Of a stretch of DNA of 64,000 nucleotides, positions 1 to 9,392 are shown in pieces. How positions within the stretch are numbered: the stretch's first letter is position 1; each line of letters begins with the position of its first letter. The stretch is taken from NCBI GenBank assembly GCA_963765205.1, contig CAVXVB010000009.1, forward strand, positions 530,590 through 594,589, written 5' to 3'. The translations under genes and the position numbers were made by a program. Under the pieces are notes generated by a model. The model was given only the letters and a program-made list of their open reading frames with translations, did not search any database and was not told where the DNA came from. This stretch comes from an uncultured Verrucomicrobiae bacterium. GTDB lineage: Bacteria; Verrucomicrobiota; Verrucomicrobiia; Opitutales; JABDGR01.

Positions 1-143
1 CAAGCCGAAGTAAGTGTCTAATTACTGCGTCGGGAAGCAAGATTATAAGGGATTATAGGGCGAGGTTTAACGATATAATAATTGTATTCCACCCGGATTT
101 ATGAGAGAATGCGTCTCTGCTCCCGTTGCGCAGACACACTCTT

Positions 144-338
144 ATGGAAATCACGTTCGAGGTTATTCAACAAGTGGAAGGCAGTTATGTCGCCGCTTGC
201 TACAGCGAAAATATTTACACGGAAGGTTCCTCGCTGGAGGAATTGCACGAAAACATCGTTTCGGCGATTGACGTGCGTTTCCATGGCCGCACGAAGCCGG
301 CTGGCTCCAGCGTGCACTTGATGCTCTATCGGGAGTAG
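144..338 (+). CDS. small HicB-like / UPF0150-fold antitoxin-type protein, no toxin partner on its own strand
   Basis: ORF 126..338 with ATG at 144. MEITFEV..EGSYVAACYSENIYTEGSSLEELHENI fits short HicB/UPF0150 proteins. TATAAT at 74-79 upstream. Confidence 0.55.
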   Translation: MEITFEVIQQVEGSYVAACYSENIYTEGSSLEELHENIVSAIDVRFHGRTKPAGSSVHLMLYRE

Positions 339-382
339 GAATTACTTGTTGGGGCAGCTGTGCAGGCATGTTTTCATTACCA

Positions 383-570
383 TCAAGGCTGGGCCACATC
401 CAAGTCTTTGCATATCTTCCGCGCCAAACCTTCGTCCACTTCCTCTTATGGCGGGGCACCGAGGATGCTTTTCGGGCGGTCCGATTGATGTAGACGGTGT
501 GATTCCCTCCCTCGCGCAGGAATTCACAACCGCACCGCTGAAGGTGCCGCAGCAAGTCGCGTCGTTTCAT
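383..570 (-). pseudogene. hicA: HicA-family toxin with a 1-nt frame break
   Basis: From ATG 570 the ORF reads MKRRDLLRHLQRCGCEFLREGGNHTVYINRTARKASSVPRHK, a HicA/YcfA-like N-terminus. The frame is lost near 445. A -1 shift restores EEVDEGLARKICKDLDVAQP followed by a stop at 385-383. The ATG overlaps the hicB stop (ATGA at 567-570). Confidence 0.7.
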
Positions 571-791
571 GCCACGACTTCACCCAAAGGTTGCCGGATC
601 ACCTTGCGTGCGCCCAAGGCCTCCTCGGCCAATTGCCGGTTGGCCTCGAGGACTAGGGCAATGGCTTCGCGGAGATTGGCTTTGGATTCCGCCAGGGTTG
701 CGCTCTGGGTGTTCGCGCAGGGCAATTCCTCCACATGGCCGATATAGCCCAGCGGCACTTTTTCAAAAACAGCGGTGAGCGGTAATTTCAT
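567..791 (-). CDS. hicB: HicB-family antitoxin
   Basis: 74 aa. AVFEKVPLGYIGHVEELPCANTQSATLAESKANLREAIALVLEA matches the HicB N-terminal fold pattern. 4-nt overlap with the downstream hicA. Confidence 0.65.
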   Translation of the reverse strand: MKLPLTAVFEKVPLGYIGHVEELPCANTQSATLAESKANLREAIALVLEANRQLAEEALGARKVIRQPLGEVVA

Positions 792-815
792 GGCCGTGAT
801 ATTAGTGTTTTCGCG

Positions 816-1847
816 CTATTTGCCAACCTTAAGCTTTCCGCGTTGGTGGAGGACTTCGGCGATTTCGATGGCGTTGAGGGCCGCGCCGCGCCAGAGCTGG
901 TCGCCGGAGACCCAGAGGCTGAGGCCGTTCTCGAAATAGGTGTCGCGGCGCAGGCGGCCGACCCCGCACTTGTGCTTGCCGGTGTATTCGATGGGCATCG
1001 GGTAGCGGTTGTGCGCGGGGTCGTCGCAAAGTTCCGCGCCGGCAAAGCCGCTGATGGCGGCGCGGGCCTGGGCCAAATCCACCGGGCGCTCGAAGTCCGC
1101 GCTGATCGCGATGCTGTGCGCACGGAAGACGGGGACGCGCACGCAGGTGCAGGTGACGCGCAGGGCGGGCAGGTCGAGGATTTTTTTGCTCTCGTGGAGC
1201 ATCTTCATCTCTTCCTTCGTGTAGCCAGTGTCCAAAAACTTGTCCACGTGCGGGAGGACGTTGAAGGCGATTTGGTGCGGATAAACATGCGGGGGCGAAC
1301 TGCGCCCGTCGGCCCAGGCGCGCAACTGGAGGTCGAGTTCCTGGATGGCCTGCGCGCCGGTGCCGGAGACGGCTTGGTAGGTCGCGGCGAAAAAGCCCTT
1401 GAGGCCGAAGGCGCGGTGGAGGGGTTGCAGGCCCATGAGGGCGATGGCGGTCGAGCAATTCGGGTTGGCGATGATGCCGGCGTGGTGGTCGAGCGCGTGG
1501 GGGTTGATGTCGGGGATCACCAGCGGCACGGTCGGGTCCATGCGAAAGAAGGAGCTGTTGTCAATGACCACGCAGCCGCGCTTGACGGCTTCGGGGGCGA
1601 GCTTCTCGGAAGTCGAGCCGCCGGCGCTGAAGATGGCGACGTCGAGGCCCGCGAAGGACTCGGCGGTGGTCTCGCGCACTTCCCAGCTTTGCGCGCCATA
1701 AGAGATTTTCTTGCCCGTCGAGCGGCCGGAGGCCAGCAGCACAAGCTCGCGCAAGGGGAACTTGCGCTCATGCAGCAGGCGAATGAATTCTTGACCGACG
1801 GCGCCAGTTGCGCCGACGATGCCGAGGCGGTAGGAATGCGCGGACAT
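816..1847 (-). CDS. asd: aspartate-semialdehyde dehydrogenase
   Basis: 343 aa. Contains GIVGATGAVGQEF (NAD-binding site), IIANPNCST (active-site Cys) and an Asd-like C-terminal half. Confidence 0.95.
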   Translation of the reverse strand: MSAHSYRLGIVGATGAVGQEFIRLLHERKFPLRELVLLASGRSTGKKISYGAQSWEVRETTAESFAGLDVAIFSAGGSTSEKLAPEAVKRGCVVIDNSSFFRMDPTVPLVIPDINPHALDHHAGIIANPNCSTAIALMGLQPLHRAFGLKGFFAATYQAVSGTGAQAIQELDLQLRAWADGRSSPPHVYPHQIAFNVLPHVDKFLDTGYTKEEMKMLHESKKILDLPALRVTCTCVRVPVFRAHSIAISADFERPVDLAQARAAISGFAGAELCDDPAHNRYPMPIEYTGKHKCGVGRLRRDTYFENGLSLWVSGDQLWRGAALNAIEIAEVLHQRGKLKVGK

Positions 1848-2394
1848 GACAGATAAAGAAAACGAAATTCTCCGGCGGGTCAGCGAGGCGTGCGCCCGGC
1901 GTTCGCGCCCAAGGGCCGAGCATTGCCTGTGCGTGCAAATTGGCGAGCAAAAACTGTATCACTTTCACGAAGGCCGCCTGGTGCGAACCTACACGATTTC
2001 GACGTCGCTGCGGCCGCCATCGTGCATCGAGAACTCGTTTGGCACGCCGACGGGGCTGCACGAAGTCGCCGAGAAAATCGGCGCGGGCGCGGCGGAAGGC
2101 ATGGTTTTCAAAAGTCGGGCGCCGGTGGGCTACCTCTGGCGCGATGCGCCGGTGGCGGAGAGCCGGAAGAACCTGGTGACGACGCGCATCCTGCGCCTGC
2201 GCGGTTTGGAACCCGGTCGCAACGCCGGCCCCGGCTGCGATTCCTACGACCGCTTTATTTACATCCACGGCACGAATCACCCGGAGAAACTCGGCACCCC
2301 CGCCACGGCCGGCTGCCCGGTGCTGAGCGACGCGGAAGTCATCGAGTTGTTTGACAAGGTGCCGGAGGGGAGTTTGGTGTGGATGGAGGAGTGA
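1846..2394 (+). CDS. L,D-transpeptidase (YkuD) domain protein
   Basis: C-terminal YIHGTNHPEKLGTPATAGCPVL is the YkuD H-G..(S/T)-x-G-C catalytic motif. The ATG at 1846 overlaps the asd start at 1847, so the true start may be downstream (for example GTG 1933). Confidence 0.75.
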   Translation: MTDKENEILRRVSEACARRSRPRAEHCLCVQIGEQKLYHFHEGRLVRTYTISTSLRPPSCIENSFGTPTGLHEVAEKIGAGAAEGMVFKSRAPVGYLWRDAPVAESRKNLVTTRILRLRGLEPGRNAGPGCDSYDRFIYIHGTNHPEKLGTPATAGCPVLSDAEVIELFDKVPEGSLVWMEE

Positions 2395-2453
2395 GGATTC
2401 AGCTTTCGGCTTGTTGTGCGGCGGGAAACGCGCCAAGCTGGCCGGCTTCGATT

Positions 2454-3956
2454 ATGAACATCACGCCGAGTGAAAGCGAATTCGTGCGCCTGGCCGCGCG
2501 GGGGAATTTGATCCCCGTTTATGCGGACTTGGTGGCAGATTTTGCCACGCCCGTGGCCGTCTATGCGCGGCTGCGGCGCGGGGGCGCGGCGTTTTTGTTT
2601 GAGTCGGTGGCGGGGGGCGAGCACATTGGGCGCTACAGTTTTGCCGGGTGCCGGCCGCAGGAGACGATTGCGGCTTATGAAAAAGAGACGATTATTACCG
2701 ACCGTGACGGGAAGCAGCGGCGCGTGCCGACGCCGGCGGACCCGCTCAAATTGGTCGAGGAGCGTATGGCGCATTACAAACCGGTTGAGCCGCAGGACAA
2801 ACCGCCGTTCATGGGCGGCGCGGTTGGGTTCGTGGGCTATGAATATATTCATCGCATCGAGCCGACGGTGCCGCTGCCAGCGCAGGACGATTTGGGGATG
2901 CCGCTGCTTTATTACATGATCATTGACCGCGTGGTGGCGTTTGACCATGTGAAGCAGATGGCGCGGCTGGTGGTCAATGCGTTCATCCCGCCGGGTGGCG
3001 ACGCGCGTGCGGCTTATCAGGAGGCGGGTGCGGCGTTGCGCGAACTGGCCCGCGAGGTGGCTGACGACCGGGGCGCGGCGATGACGCCACTGGCGCTGGG
3101 CGCGGAGCCGGAGGTGACGGTGCCGGGCGGCAACTGCACGCGCGCGGATTTCGAGGGGCTGGTGAACCGGTCGAAGGAATACATCCGCGCGGGCGACATC
3201 ATCCAGGTGGTCGCGTCGCAGCGCTTCGAGCGCGCCTACGGGCGGCCGGCGCTGGATTTATACCGCTCGCTGCGGCTGGTGAACCCGTCGCCGTATATGT
3301 TCATTTTGGAAACGGGGGACTACGCGGTCGTCGGCGCGTCGCCGGAAGTGCATGTGCGGTTGACGAACGGGCGGGTTGAGACGCGCCCCATCGCCGGCAC
3401 GCGCCCGCGCGGGGCGACGGCGGCGGACGACGCGCGCCTCGAAAAGGAATTGCTGGCCGACGAAAAGGAGTGCGCCGAACACCTGATGCTGGTGGACTTG
3501 GCGCGCAACGACTTGGGCCGTGTCTGCGCGCCCGGCAGCGTCGAGGTGAAGGAATACGCCATCGTTGAGCGTTATTCGCACGTCATGCACATCGTCTCGC
3601 AAGTCGAGGGGCGGCTGGCGCCGGACAAGAATGCGTATGACCTGATGCGCGCGACCTTTCCGGCGGGAACAGTGTCCGGCGCGCCGAAAGTGCGGGCGAT
3701 GCAAATCATCGCGGAATTTGAAAAAACGGCGCGCGGTACCTACGCGGGCGCGCTGGGTTACTTCAGTTTCGACGGCAATCTTGACTGCTGCATTCTCATC
3801 CGCACGGCGTTGCTAAAGAACGGGAAGCTGTATATTCAAAGCGGCGCGGGGCTGGTGGCTGATTCCGTGCCGGCGTCGGAATACCAGGAGACGCTCAATA
3901 AGGCCCGCGCGATGTTCAAGGCGGTCGCCAAGTCGGAACAGTTTACGAAATTGTGA
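2454..3956 (+). CDS. trpE: anthranilate synthase component I
   Basis: Contains LVNPSPYMFIL, GASPEVHV, IAGTRPRG and GAPKVRAMQII motifs. The internal ATG at 2454 is preferred over the ORF start at 2379. Confidence 0.95.
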   Translation: MNITPSESEFVRLAARGNLIPVYADLVADFATPVAVYARLRRGGAAFLFESVAGGEHIGRYSFAGCRPQETIAAYEKETIITDRDGKQRRVPTPADPLKLVEERMAHYKPVEPQDKPPFMGGAVGFVGYEYIHRIEPTVPLPAQDDLGMPLLYYMIIDRVVAFDHVKQMARLVVNAFIPPGGDARAAYQEAGAALRELAREVADDRGAAMTPLALGAEPEVTVPGGNCTRADFEGLVNRSKEYIRAGDIIQVVASQRFERAYGRPALDLYRSLRLVNPSPYMFILETGDYAVVGASPEVHVRLTNGRVETRPIAGTRPRGATAADDARLEKELLADEKECAEHLMLVDLARNDLGRVCAPGSVEVKEYAIVERYSHVMHIVSQVEGRLAPDKNAYDLMRATFPAGTVSGAPKVRAMQIIAEFEKTARGTYAGALGYFSFDGNLDCCILIRTALLKNGKLYIQSGAGLVADSVPASEYQETLNKARAMFKAVAKSEQFTKL

Positions 3957-4093
3957 CGTTGCCAGCTTGGGGTAATCACCCCGGAAAAATGTTTAATGGC
4001 GGGGTGAAAATATATTCTTGGCGGCGTGAGTTTTTTTTCTTTGCATAAACAGGGCCATCGGCCTAGAAATGCTCATCGGGCGCGCTAAGTGCT

Positions 4094-5272
4094 TTGTTGA
4101 TCTGCGTGGCGAACAAAAAAAACACCGCCTCTCCACCGTCCCGACGTTATGAAGACGACGGGGACGAGCCGATTTTGGGCCGACCCGTCCAGACCGAAGG
4201 GGACGCCCAGGAAAATGCGGCGGCAATCAAAGACGCAGAATCGGCGGAGGAGGTTTTTCATGGTTTGCCGCCTAATGAGCGCAGCAGCTTGCAGATCTAC
4301 TTGCATGAAATCGGGCGCGTGCCGCTACTGACGCCCACGCAGGAAGTGGAGCTGGCCGCGCGCATCCGCGCGGGGGACGAGTCCGCGCGCCAGCAGATGA
4401 TCAATGCAAACTTGCGCTTCGTGGTGAAGATCGCGCATGATTACAGCCACTTTGGCCTGCCGCTGCTCGATTTAATTTCCGAGGGGAACATCGGGCTGAT
4501 GAAGGCCGTCGAACGCTTCGATCCGGCCAAAGGCGGAAAATTAACCACCTACGCCGCCTGGTGGATCAAGCAATCCATTAAGCGCGCCCTCGCCAACCAG
4601 AGCAAGACCATCCGCCTGCCCGTGCATATGGTGGACAAGATTGCGCGCCTGCGCAAAACCGCGCTGCAAATGCAGGAGACCCTGGGCCGCGAACCGACCA
4701 ACGAGGAACTGGCGGAGGTATTGGGCCTGCCGGTGAGAAAAATCGCGCACCTCAAGACCGTAAGCGTCCGGCCGTCCTCCCTGGACGCCCCGGTGGGCGA
4801 AAACGATACCACGGAACTCGGTGAACTCGTCTGTGACGAAAACGAACCGACACCCTTTGAAAATTTGCGCGGCAAGACCAGCCAGCAGGACATCAGCAAC
4901 ATCATCGCGAAGCTCGAACCGCGGGAGACGGAAATCCTGCGCCTGCGCTTCGGACTGGACGGGGAGCGGCCCAAGACGCTCGAAGAGGTGGGTATGTGCC
5001 TAGGGGTGACCCGCGAGCGCGTGCGCCAGTTGCAGAACACGGCGCTGGCGAAAATGCGCAAGGCGCTGACGAAACTTGAAAAGCAAAACACCGCCGAGGA
5101 GGCGCAGGACGAGTTGGACGAAGCAGCCGAGCTGCCCCCGACGGCAGCAACCATGCCCGTGCGCGCCGCCTCCACGCCGGCCCCGGCGCGGCCACCAGAC
5201 GACACGGCCGTGCTCTATGCCTTCATGCGCGCCCAGCGCGAGCGCAAGGGCGACACAACGCGGATGCTCTGA
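4094..5272 (+). CDS. RpoD-family sigma-70 factor with short N-terminus and C-terminal tail
   Basis: Region 2 is NLRFVVKIAHDY..LDLISEGNIGLMKAVERFD and TYAAWWIKQSI. Regions 3 and 4.2 (LEEVGMCLGVTRERVRQLQNTAL) are present. The start is a non-ATG codon and is uncertain. Confidence 0.9.
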   Translation: MLICVANKKNTASPPSRRYEDDGDEPILGRPVQTEGDAQENAAAIKDAESAEEVFHGLPPNERSSLQIYLHEIGRVPLLTPTQEVELAARIRAGDESARQQMINANLRFVVKIAHDYSHFGLPLLDLISEGNIGLMKAVERFDPAKGGKLTTYAAWWIKQSIKRALANQSKTIRLPVHMVDKIARLRKTALQMQETLGREPTNEELAEVLGLPVRKIAHLKTVSVRPSSLDAPVGENDTTELGELVCDENEPTPFENLRGKTSQQDISNIIAKLEPRETEILRLRFGLDGERPKTLEEVGMCLGVTRERVRQLQNTALAKMRKALTKLEKQNTAEEAQDELDEAAELPPTAATMPVRAASTPAPARPPDDTAVLYAFMRAQRERKGDTTRML

Positions 5273-5360
5273 GATTTTGGGCCGATACTTCGCGTGGGAA
5301 AAAGGACCGGCGCGCTGCATCATGCCTTGCACGGGGCCGATTTTTGCATTATAAAAGAAC

Positions 5361-6122
5361 ATGGCTGTGGTTTACCTGGTGCTTGGCTTGCCCGGCTCCG
5401 GCCGGGACGAAGTTGTTTTCAACTTGGTTGAAGGCGGCTTGGGCGACGGCCAGCCGGTGACAGTTTATCATGCTGCGGGTGAGGCGACGGATGGGGGTCT
5501 GGGCACGCGTCCAAACATCACGCGGGTGCCGTTTACTTTCGACAAGGATCATTTCACCACCGCCCCCGAGGCCGAGCCGGCAGAGGAGCCGGAGGCGGCA
5601 TTTTTTTTGACCGATGGGCGCGCCAGCGTGATAGACCAGATTGAGGCGTTTCCCGCCTGGTTGCAGGCGCGCGGCTGGGAATTGGCACGGATTCTTCTGG
5701 TGGTGGACTGCGCGCTGGCGGCGGCGCACCCGGTCGTCACGGAGTGGCACGCGGCCTGTGTGCATTTTGCCGACTGTGTGCTGCTGAACCGCCGCAATGC
5801 GGCCAGCCACGAGTGGGCGCGGGATTTTCAAAAAAAGTTTGCCGAGGCGCGCTACCCGTGCGTGTTTGTGCTGGTCAAGCAAGGGCGGGTGCCCAACCCA
5901 CTGGTCGTATTATTTCCCGAGGCGCGGCGCATGACCCTGGTGTTCGACGACATTGACCCGGTGGATGAACTGGAACTGGACGAGGAGAATTTGCCTGAGG
6001 AACCGTTCACGCTGGAAAACAAGGTGGATCCCTATTTCGAGCGCCTCCTTAGCGGCCACCGGGTCAAACCCGTGCCGGATGTCACGGCGTATTTGGCGAA
6101 ACGAGAGCACGCCAGCTCTTGA
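5361..6122 (+). CDS. CobW/G3E-like P-loop protein with a degenerate Walker A
   Basis: LGLPGSGRDE stands in place of GxxGSGKT(T). ILLVVDC is Walker-B-like and ADCVLLNR is NKxD-like. Layout resembles the CobW N-domain but key residues are replaced. Confidence 0.4.
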   Translation: MAVVYLVLGLPGSGRDEVVFNLVEGGLGDGQPVTVYHAAGEATDGGLGTRPNITRVPFTFDKDHFTTAPEAEPAEEPEAAFFLTDGRASVIDQIEAFPAWLQARGWELARILLVVDCALAAAHPVVTEWHAACVHFADCVLLNRRNAASHEWARDFQKKFAEARYPCVFVLVKQGRVPNPLVVLFPEARRMTLVFDDIDPVDELELDEENLPEEPFTLENKVDPYFERLLSGHRVKPVPDVTAYLAKREHASS

Positions 6123-6131
6123 CTGACAAAG

Positions 6132-8366
6132 TTAGAAGAGCAACTCATTTTGCCGCGGCTGGGCGCGGCTGGCGGGGGCGAGGAACGCGGCATAGCGTTC
6201 GACCCAATCATCCAATTTTTCGAGGTAATAGCCCGGATCGTAGGGGGCCTGGACGGGGTCGTAACTTTCAATCGGGCGCGCGCGCTGCCAGTCGGGCGCG
6301 TTATTTTTTGCGCCGGTGGTGATGTAATAGGTGACCGATTCGCCCTGGCGCGGGAGCGGATTCATTTTCAAGGCGACTTCGAGCGCGGCGCGGCGGGGTT
6401 TGCTGCTTTCGATTTCGATCGCATGGCGGTAGGCTTCAGGGCTGAGGCTGAGGAATTCCGTTTTCGCGAGCCGACGCACGTCCACCGAGCGATCGCGCAG
6501 CCCGGCGCGCAATTTCTCCAGCAATTCCTCGGGAGCCGGGCCGCTGGCGAGGAGGAGGTGGCGCAGGAGGGCCTCGGTCAATTCGCGCAGGAACGGCTCG
6601 ACCCCGCGCGAGCGCAGCGCGGAGCCGCGGGTGGTGACTTCGCCGCCGTCGAGCAGCGCATAGTTTTTCGCCTTGTAGCAAAACATGGCCTTGAATTTCC
6701 CGTCGAATTCCAGATCAATCCCGGCGGGCAACACGCCGGCCACGCGCGCGAGCAGTTCTTCGGGCTGGTCGTAAAATTCGGGCGCGTGCAGGTAGAGGCC
6801 GTCGGTGTCGGCTTCGAGCACCTTGGCTCCATGCCGCTCAAATTCCACGATCAGCGCCTGGAGCAATTCGCGCCCGCGGGCGGTGACTTCCGCCGCGAGT
6901 TCGCTGTCGCCAAAGCGCGCGCCTTCGAAGCCGAGGTAGCCGTAGAAAGAATTGATGATGATTTTGAAACCGGCCTGGCGCGCCTGGTATTCGCGGCGCA
7001 ACTCGGCGGTCGCGGCGTCGCGCGCGAGGTTTTTATAGGCGAGGCGTTCCGCGCGCAATTCCCGCAGCAGCGGAATAAACGCCCCGAGCGAGTCGCCTGC
7101 GGGATTGCGGCCGATGAGTAGGAGCAGGCTGGGGTAGAGCGACGCAACGTCGAAGTGCAGCACTTTGCGGAACACGCCGGTGAGCAGGCCGCGCGTGTAA
7201 CCGCCTTCGAAGGGCCGGGTTGGCGGCGGCGTGGGCAGGGCGCGGCGGGCGTGGAAATATTTTTCTAGCAGTAGAATCTCCGCCTTGAAAGCCGAGCCGC
7301 GCAGGCAGGCGTCCTGTAATGTAATAGGAAATGTTTTGGCCTGCGCGACGTAGCCGGGGAGCAGCAAGTCGGCGAGGGCGCGCGTCTCACGCAAGTCGTC
7401 GCGCAAATAGGCGCGGAAGCGCTCGCGGTCTTTGGCAAAAGTTTCTTGAATCGCCGCGGGGGCGAGGTAGGTGCGGGCGTCGTCCGCCTTGGTCAGGCCG
7501 AGGTGTTGCGCGACGGCCTTGAGGCCATAGGAGGGCAGCTCGCGCGCGGCGAGGTCGTAAAGCTGCACCATCAAGTAGGTGTCGAACACGGCGCGGCCGG
7601 GCAAATCGCAGCGGGGAAAATCGAGGTGGCGTTCGGCCACGCGCAGGCGGCCCGGGCGAAACGCGGCTTCCTGCCCAAAGCGGCCCCACGCGCACGGCAC
7701 ATGGTGTCGTCGGCAGCGCACGCGGAGGTAATCCAGGTCGAACTTGAAAATATTGTGCCCCTCAATGACATCCGGGTCTTCTTCGGCCAGCACGCGATTG
7801 AGATCTTCGAGCAGCACGCGCTCGGCGTCGTGGGTCGGCGCGCTGATTTCCAGCAGGCGCGGGCCGCGGGCGGTGCCGAGGCCGATGGCGAGGACGCGGT
7901 CACCGGCGCGCTGCGCATTGGAAAAACCACCTGGCTCGCCGCACGCGGTTTCGATGTCGAGTTGTAGGCGGCGCAAGTGCGCAAAGGTCAGCCCGGCGAA
8001 CATCCGGGTGCCGCGCTGCAAAAGAAACTGGCTTTCGAGGGCGCGCAGGGTTTCCGAATCGGTATTGCGCGGGCGCTGCTCGAGCCAGGCGCGGTAGGCG
8101 GCCACGTCGGCGAAATGCGCGAGGTGGGTTAATTGGCCGTCGCCAGCCAGGCGCTCGACGTGTGCGGAGGCCGGGTCGGGGAGGGCGGATTCGTTCACCC
8201 AGGCAAATGGTTGAAAGGCTGATGAGGAGACCACGCGCGGGCCATCGCCCTCGGCTGTGGCTAGGCGGGCGACGCCATCCGCGCCGACCCATAAACCACA
8301 CAGCGGCGGCGGGCCGGATTCCCATTCGGCGCGCGGGTCGGGAAGCGGGGGCGTGGTTTGGCTCAT
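6132..8366 (-). CDS. polB: family B DNA polymerase (Pol II-like)
   Basis: 744 aa. Exonuclease motifs: LDIETA, GHNIFKFDLDYL, YLRDDLRET. Polymerase motifs: DVASLYPS (A), KIIINSFYGYLG (B), EADTDG (C). Confidence 0.9.
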   Translation of the reverse strand: MSQTTPPLPDPRAEWESGPPPLCGLWVGADGVARLATAEGDGPRVVSSSAFQPFAWVNESALPDPASAHVERLAGDGQLTHLAHFADVAAYRAWLEQRPRNTDSETLRALESQFLLQRGTRMFAGLTFAHLRRLQLDIETACGEPGGFSNAQRAGDRVLAIGLGTARGPRLLEISAPTHDAERVLLEDLNRVLAEEDPDVIEGHNIFKFDLDYLRVRCRRHHVPCAWGRFGQEAAFRPGRLRVAERHLDFPRCDLPGRAVFDTYLMVQLYDLAARELPSYGLKAVAQHLGLTKADDARTYLAPAAIQETFAKDRERFRAYLRDDLRETRALADLLLPGYVAQAKTFPITLQDACLRGSAFKAEILLLEKYFHARRALPTPPPTRPFEGGYTRGLLTGVFRKVLHFDVASLYPSLLLLIGRNPAGDSLGAFIPLLRELRAERLAYKNLARDAATAELRREYQARQAGFKIIINSFYGYLGFEGARFGDSELAAEVTARGRELLQALIVEFERHGAKVLEADTDGLYLHAPEFYDQPEELLARVAGVLPAGIDLEFDGKFKAMFCYKAKNYALLDGGEVTTRGSALRSRGVEPFLRELTEALLRHLLLASGPAPEELLEKLRAGLRDRSVDVRRLAKTEFLSLSPEAYRHAIEIESSKPRRAALEVALKMNPLPRQGESVTYYITTGAKNNAPDWQRARPIESYDPVQAPYDPGYYLEKLDDWVERYAAFLAPASRAQPRQNELLF

Positions 8367-8413
8367 GACGCGTTCGACCGGGGTTTTCGGAGAACGCGAC
8401 CAGTCTTAAAGGC

Positions 8414-8878
8414 TCATTTCAATCTACGCCATCCACTATTTTCGCCGCCGATTTGCAGGACGCCATACAGGACGCCGGGCAAGACCAGGGCCAAAACGCC
8501 CGACAGCGAACCGTTGGCGATTAGGGTCAACACCATCACCCCCACGCCGACCAAGGCCGACCCGTAGAACGCCCACTTTTTCCATCGGAACAAAAAGATG
8601 ACGCAGAACATGTCAATTGCAGCGAGCGCGGTGATTCCCCAAGTATACCACGCCGGATCGGGAGCGATCTTGATGACGGAACTCAACTGGGGCGCGCCAC
8701 CGATGGCGCTCATCCCGAGGTTGATGAGGATAGACAGGGCCTCAACGAACAGCATAAAAAGGAGCCAGGCCAGCAGGCAGCCGTGACGTTTTGGTGTTTT
8801 CGCTGGCGGGGGTGGCGACGGCGGCCCGGGGGGCGGCGGATGGAGAATCGGCGGGATGGAAGGGGAATTCATAGTCAC
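8414..8878 (-). CDS. membrane protein with proline-rich N-terminus, unknown function
   Basis: 154 aa. PPPPGPPSPPPP is followed by about four hydrophobic segments. Confidence 0.5.
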   Translation of the reverse strand: MTMNSPSIPPILHPPPPGPPSPPPPAKTPKRHGCLLAWLLFMLFVEALSILINLGMSAIGGAPQLSSVIKIAPDPAWYTWGITALAAIDMFCVIFLFRWKKWAFYGSALVGVGVMVLTLIANGSLSGVLALVLPGVLYGVLQIGGENSGWRRLK

Positions 8879-8911
8879 CCATCATAGACCCCGGCGGGCT
8901 GAAAACGACGC

Positions 8912-8945
8912 AAAAAAAAGAGGCGCACCCCGCAGGATGCGCCTC
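8912..8945 (-). terminator. intrinsic terminator downstream of the Hsp20 gene
   Basis: 8-bp stem GAGGCGCA/TGCGCCTC (8920-8945) is followed on the minus strand by T8 (A8 at 8912-8919 on plus). Confidence 0.75.
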
Positions 8946-8966
8946 CGATCCGGCCAACAGTACGCG

Positions 8967-9392
8967 TTAACGCACTTCGATCCGGCGCGGCTTGACCTGC
9001 TCAGCCTTGGGCAGAGTAAGCGTCAGCAGGCCGTTTTCATGCGTGGCCACGACTTTGCCGGCGTCCGCACCCTCGGGGAGGGTCAGGACGCGTCGGTATT
9101 CCGCCGTGGACTCGGCGTTGCTGGTCTTGTCCGCGCGTTTCGCGTTGAGCGTCAGCACGGAGTTTTCGATCTCGACCTGGATGTCCTCTTTTTTCACGCC
9201 CGGCAGCTCGACCTTGACGTAATAATGATCGGCATCCTCGGACAAGTCCGTGGCGGGATAGCCGACATTGGACGTGCCAGTAGCTTGGGTGTCACAGGCA
9301 CCGCTCTCGCAGCGCCCGGCCGTCGGAAACAAAGCTCCGAAAAACCGATCGAAATCGGTCGAAGCAGGATAGGTGTAACGAATTAGTTTCAT
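8967..9392 (-). CDS. Hsp20 / alpha-crystallin small heat-shock protein
   Basis: YYVKVELPGVKKEDIQVEIENSVLTL..HENGLLTLTLPK is an alpha-crystallin domain. ATG at 9392 is preceded by GGAGG. Confidence 0.9.
   Translation of the reverse strand: MKLIRYTYPASTDFDRFFGALFPTAGRCESGACDTQATGTSNVGYPATDLSEDADHYYVKVELPGVKKEDIQVEIENSVLTLNAKRADKTSNAESTAEYRRVLTLPEGADAGKVVATHENGLLTLTLPKAEQVKPRRIEVR

Noticed and set aside
82-321. 79-aa plus-strand ORF overlapping the HicB-like gene.
   Set aside because: It is in a different frame from the motif-bearing ORF, is Cys/Arg-rich, and resembles no family.
1846-1848. Overlapping divergent start codons of asd (1847, minus strand) and the L,D-transpeptidase gene (1846, plus strand).
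   Set aside because: This is most likely an artefact of taking the first ATG for the transpeptidase gene. A downstream GTG (1933) is plausible, so I do not treat it as a biological overlap.
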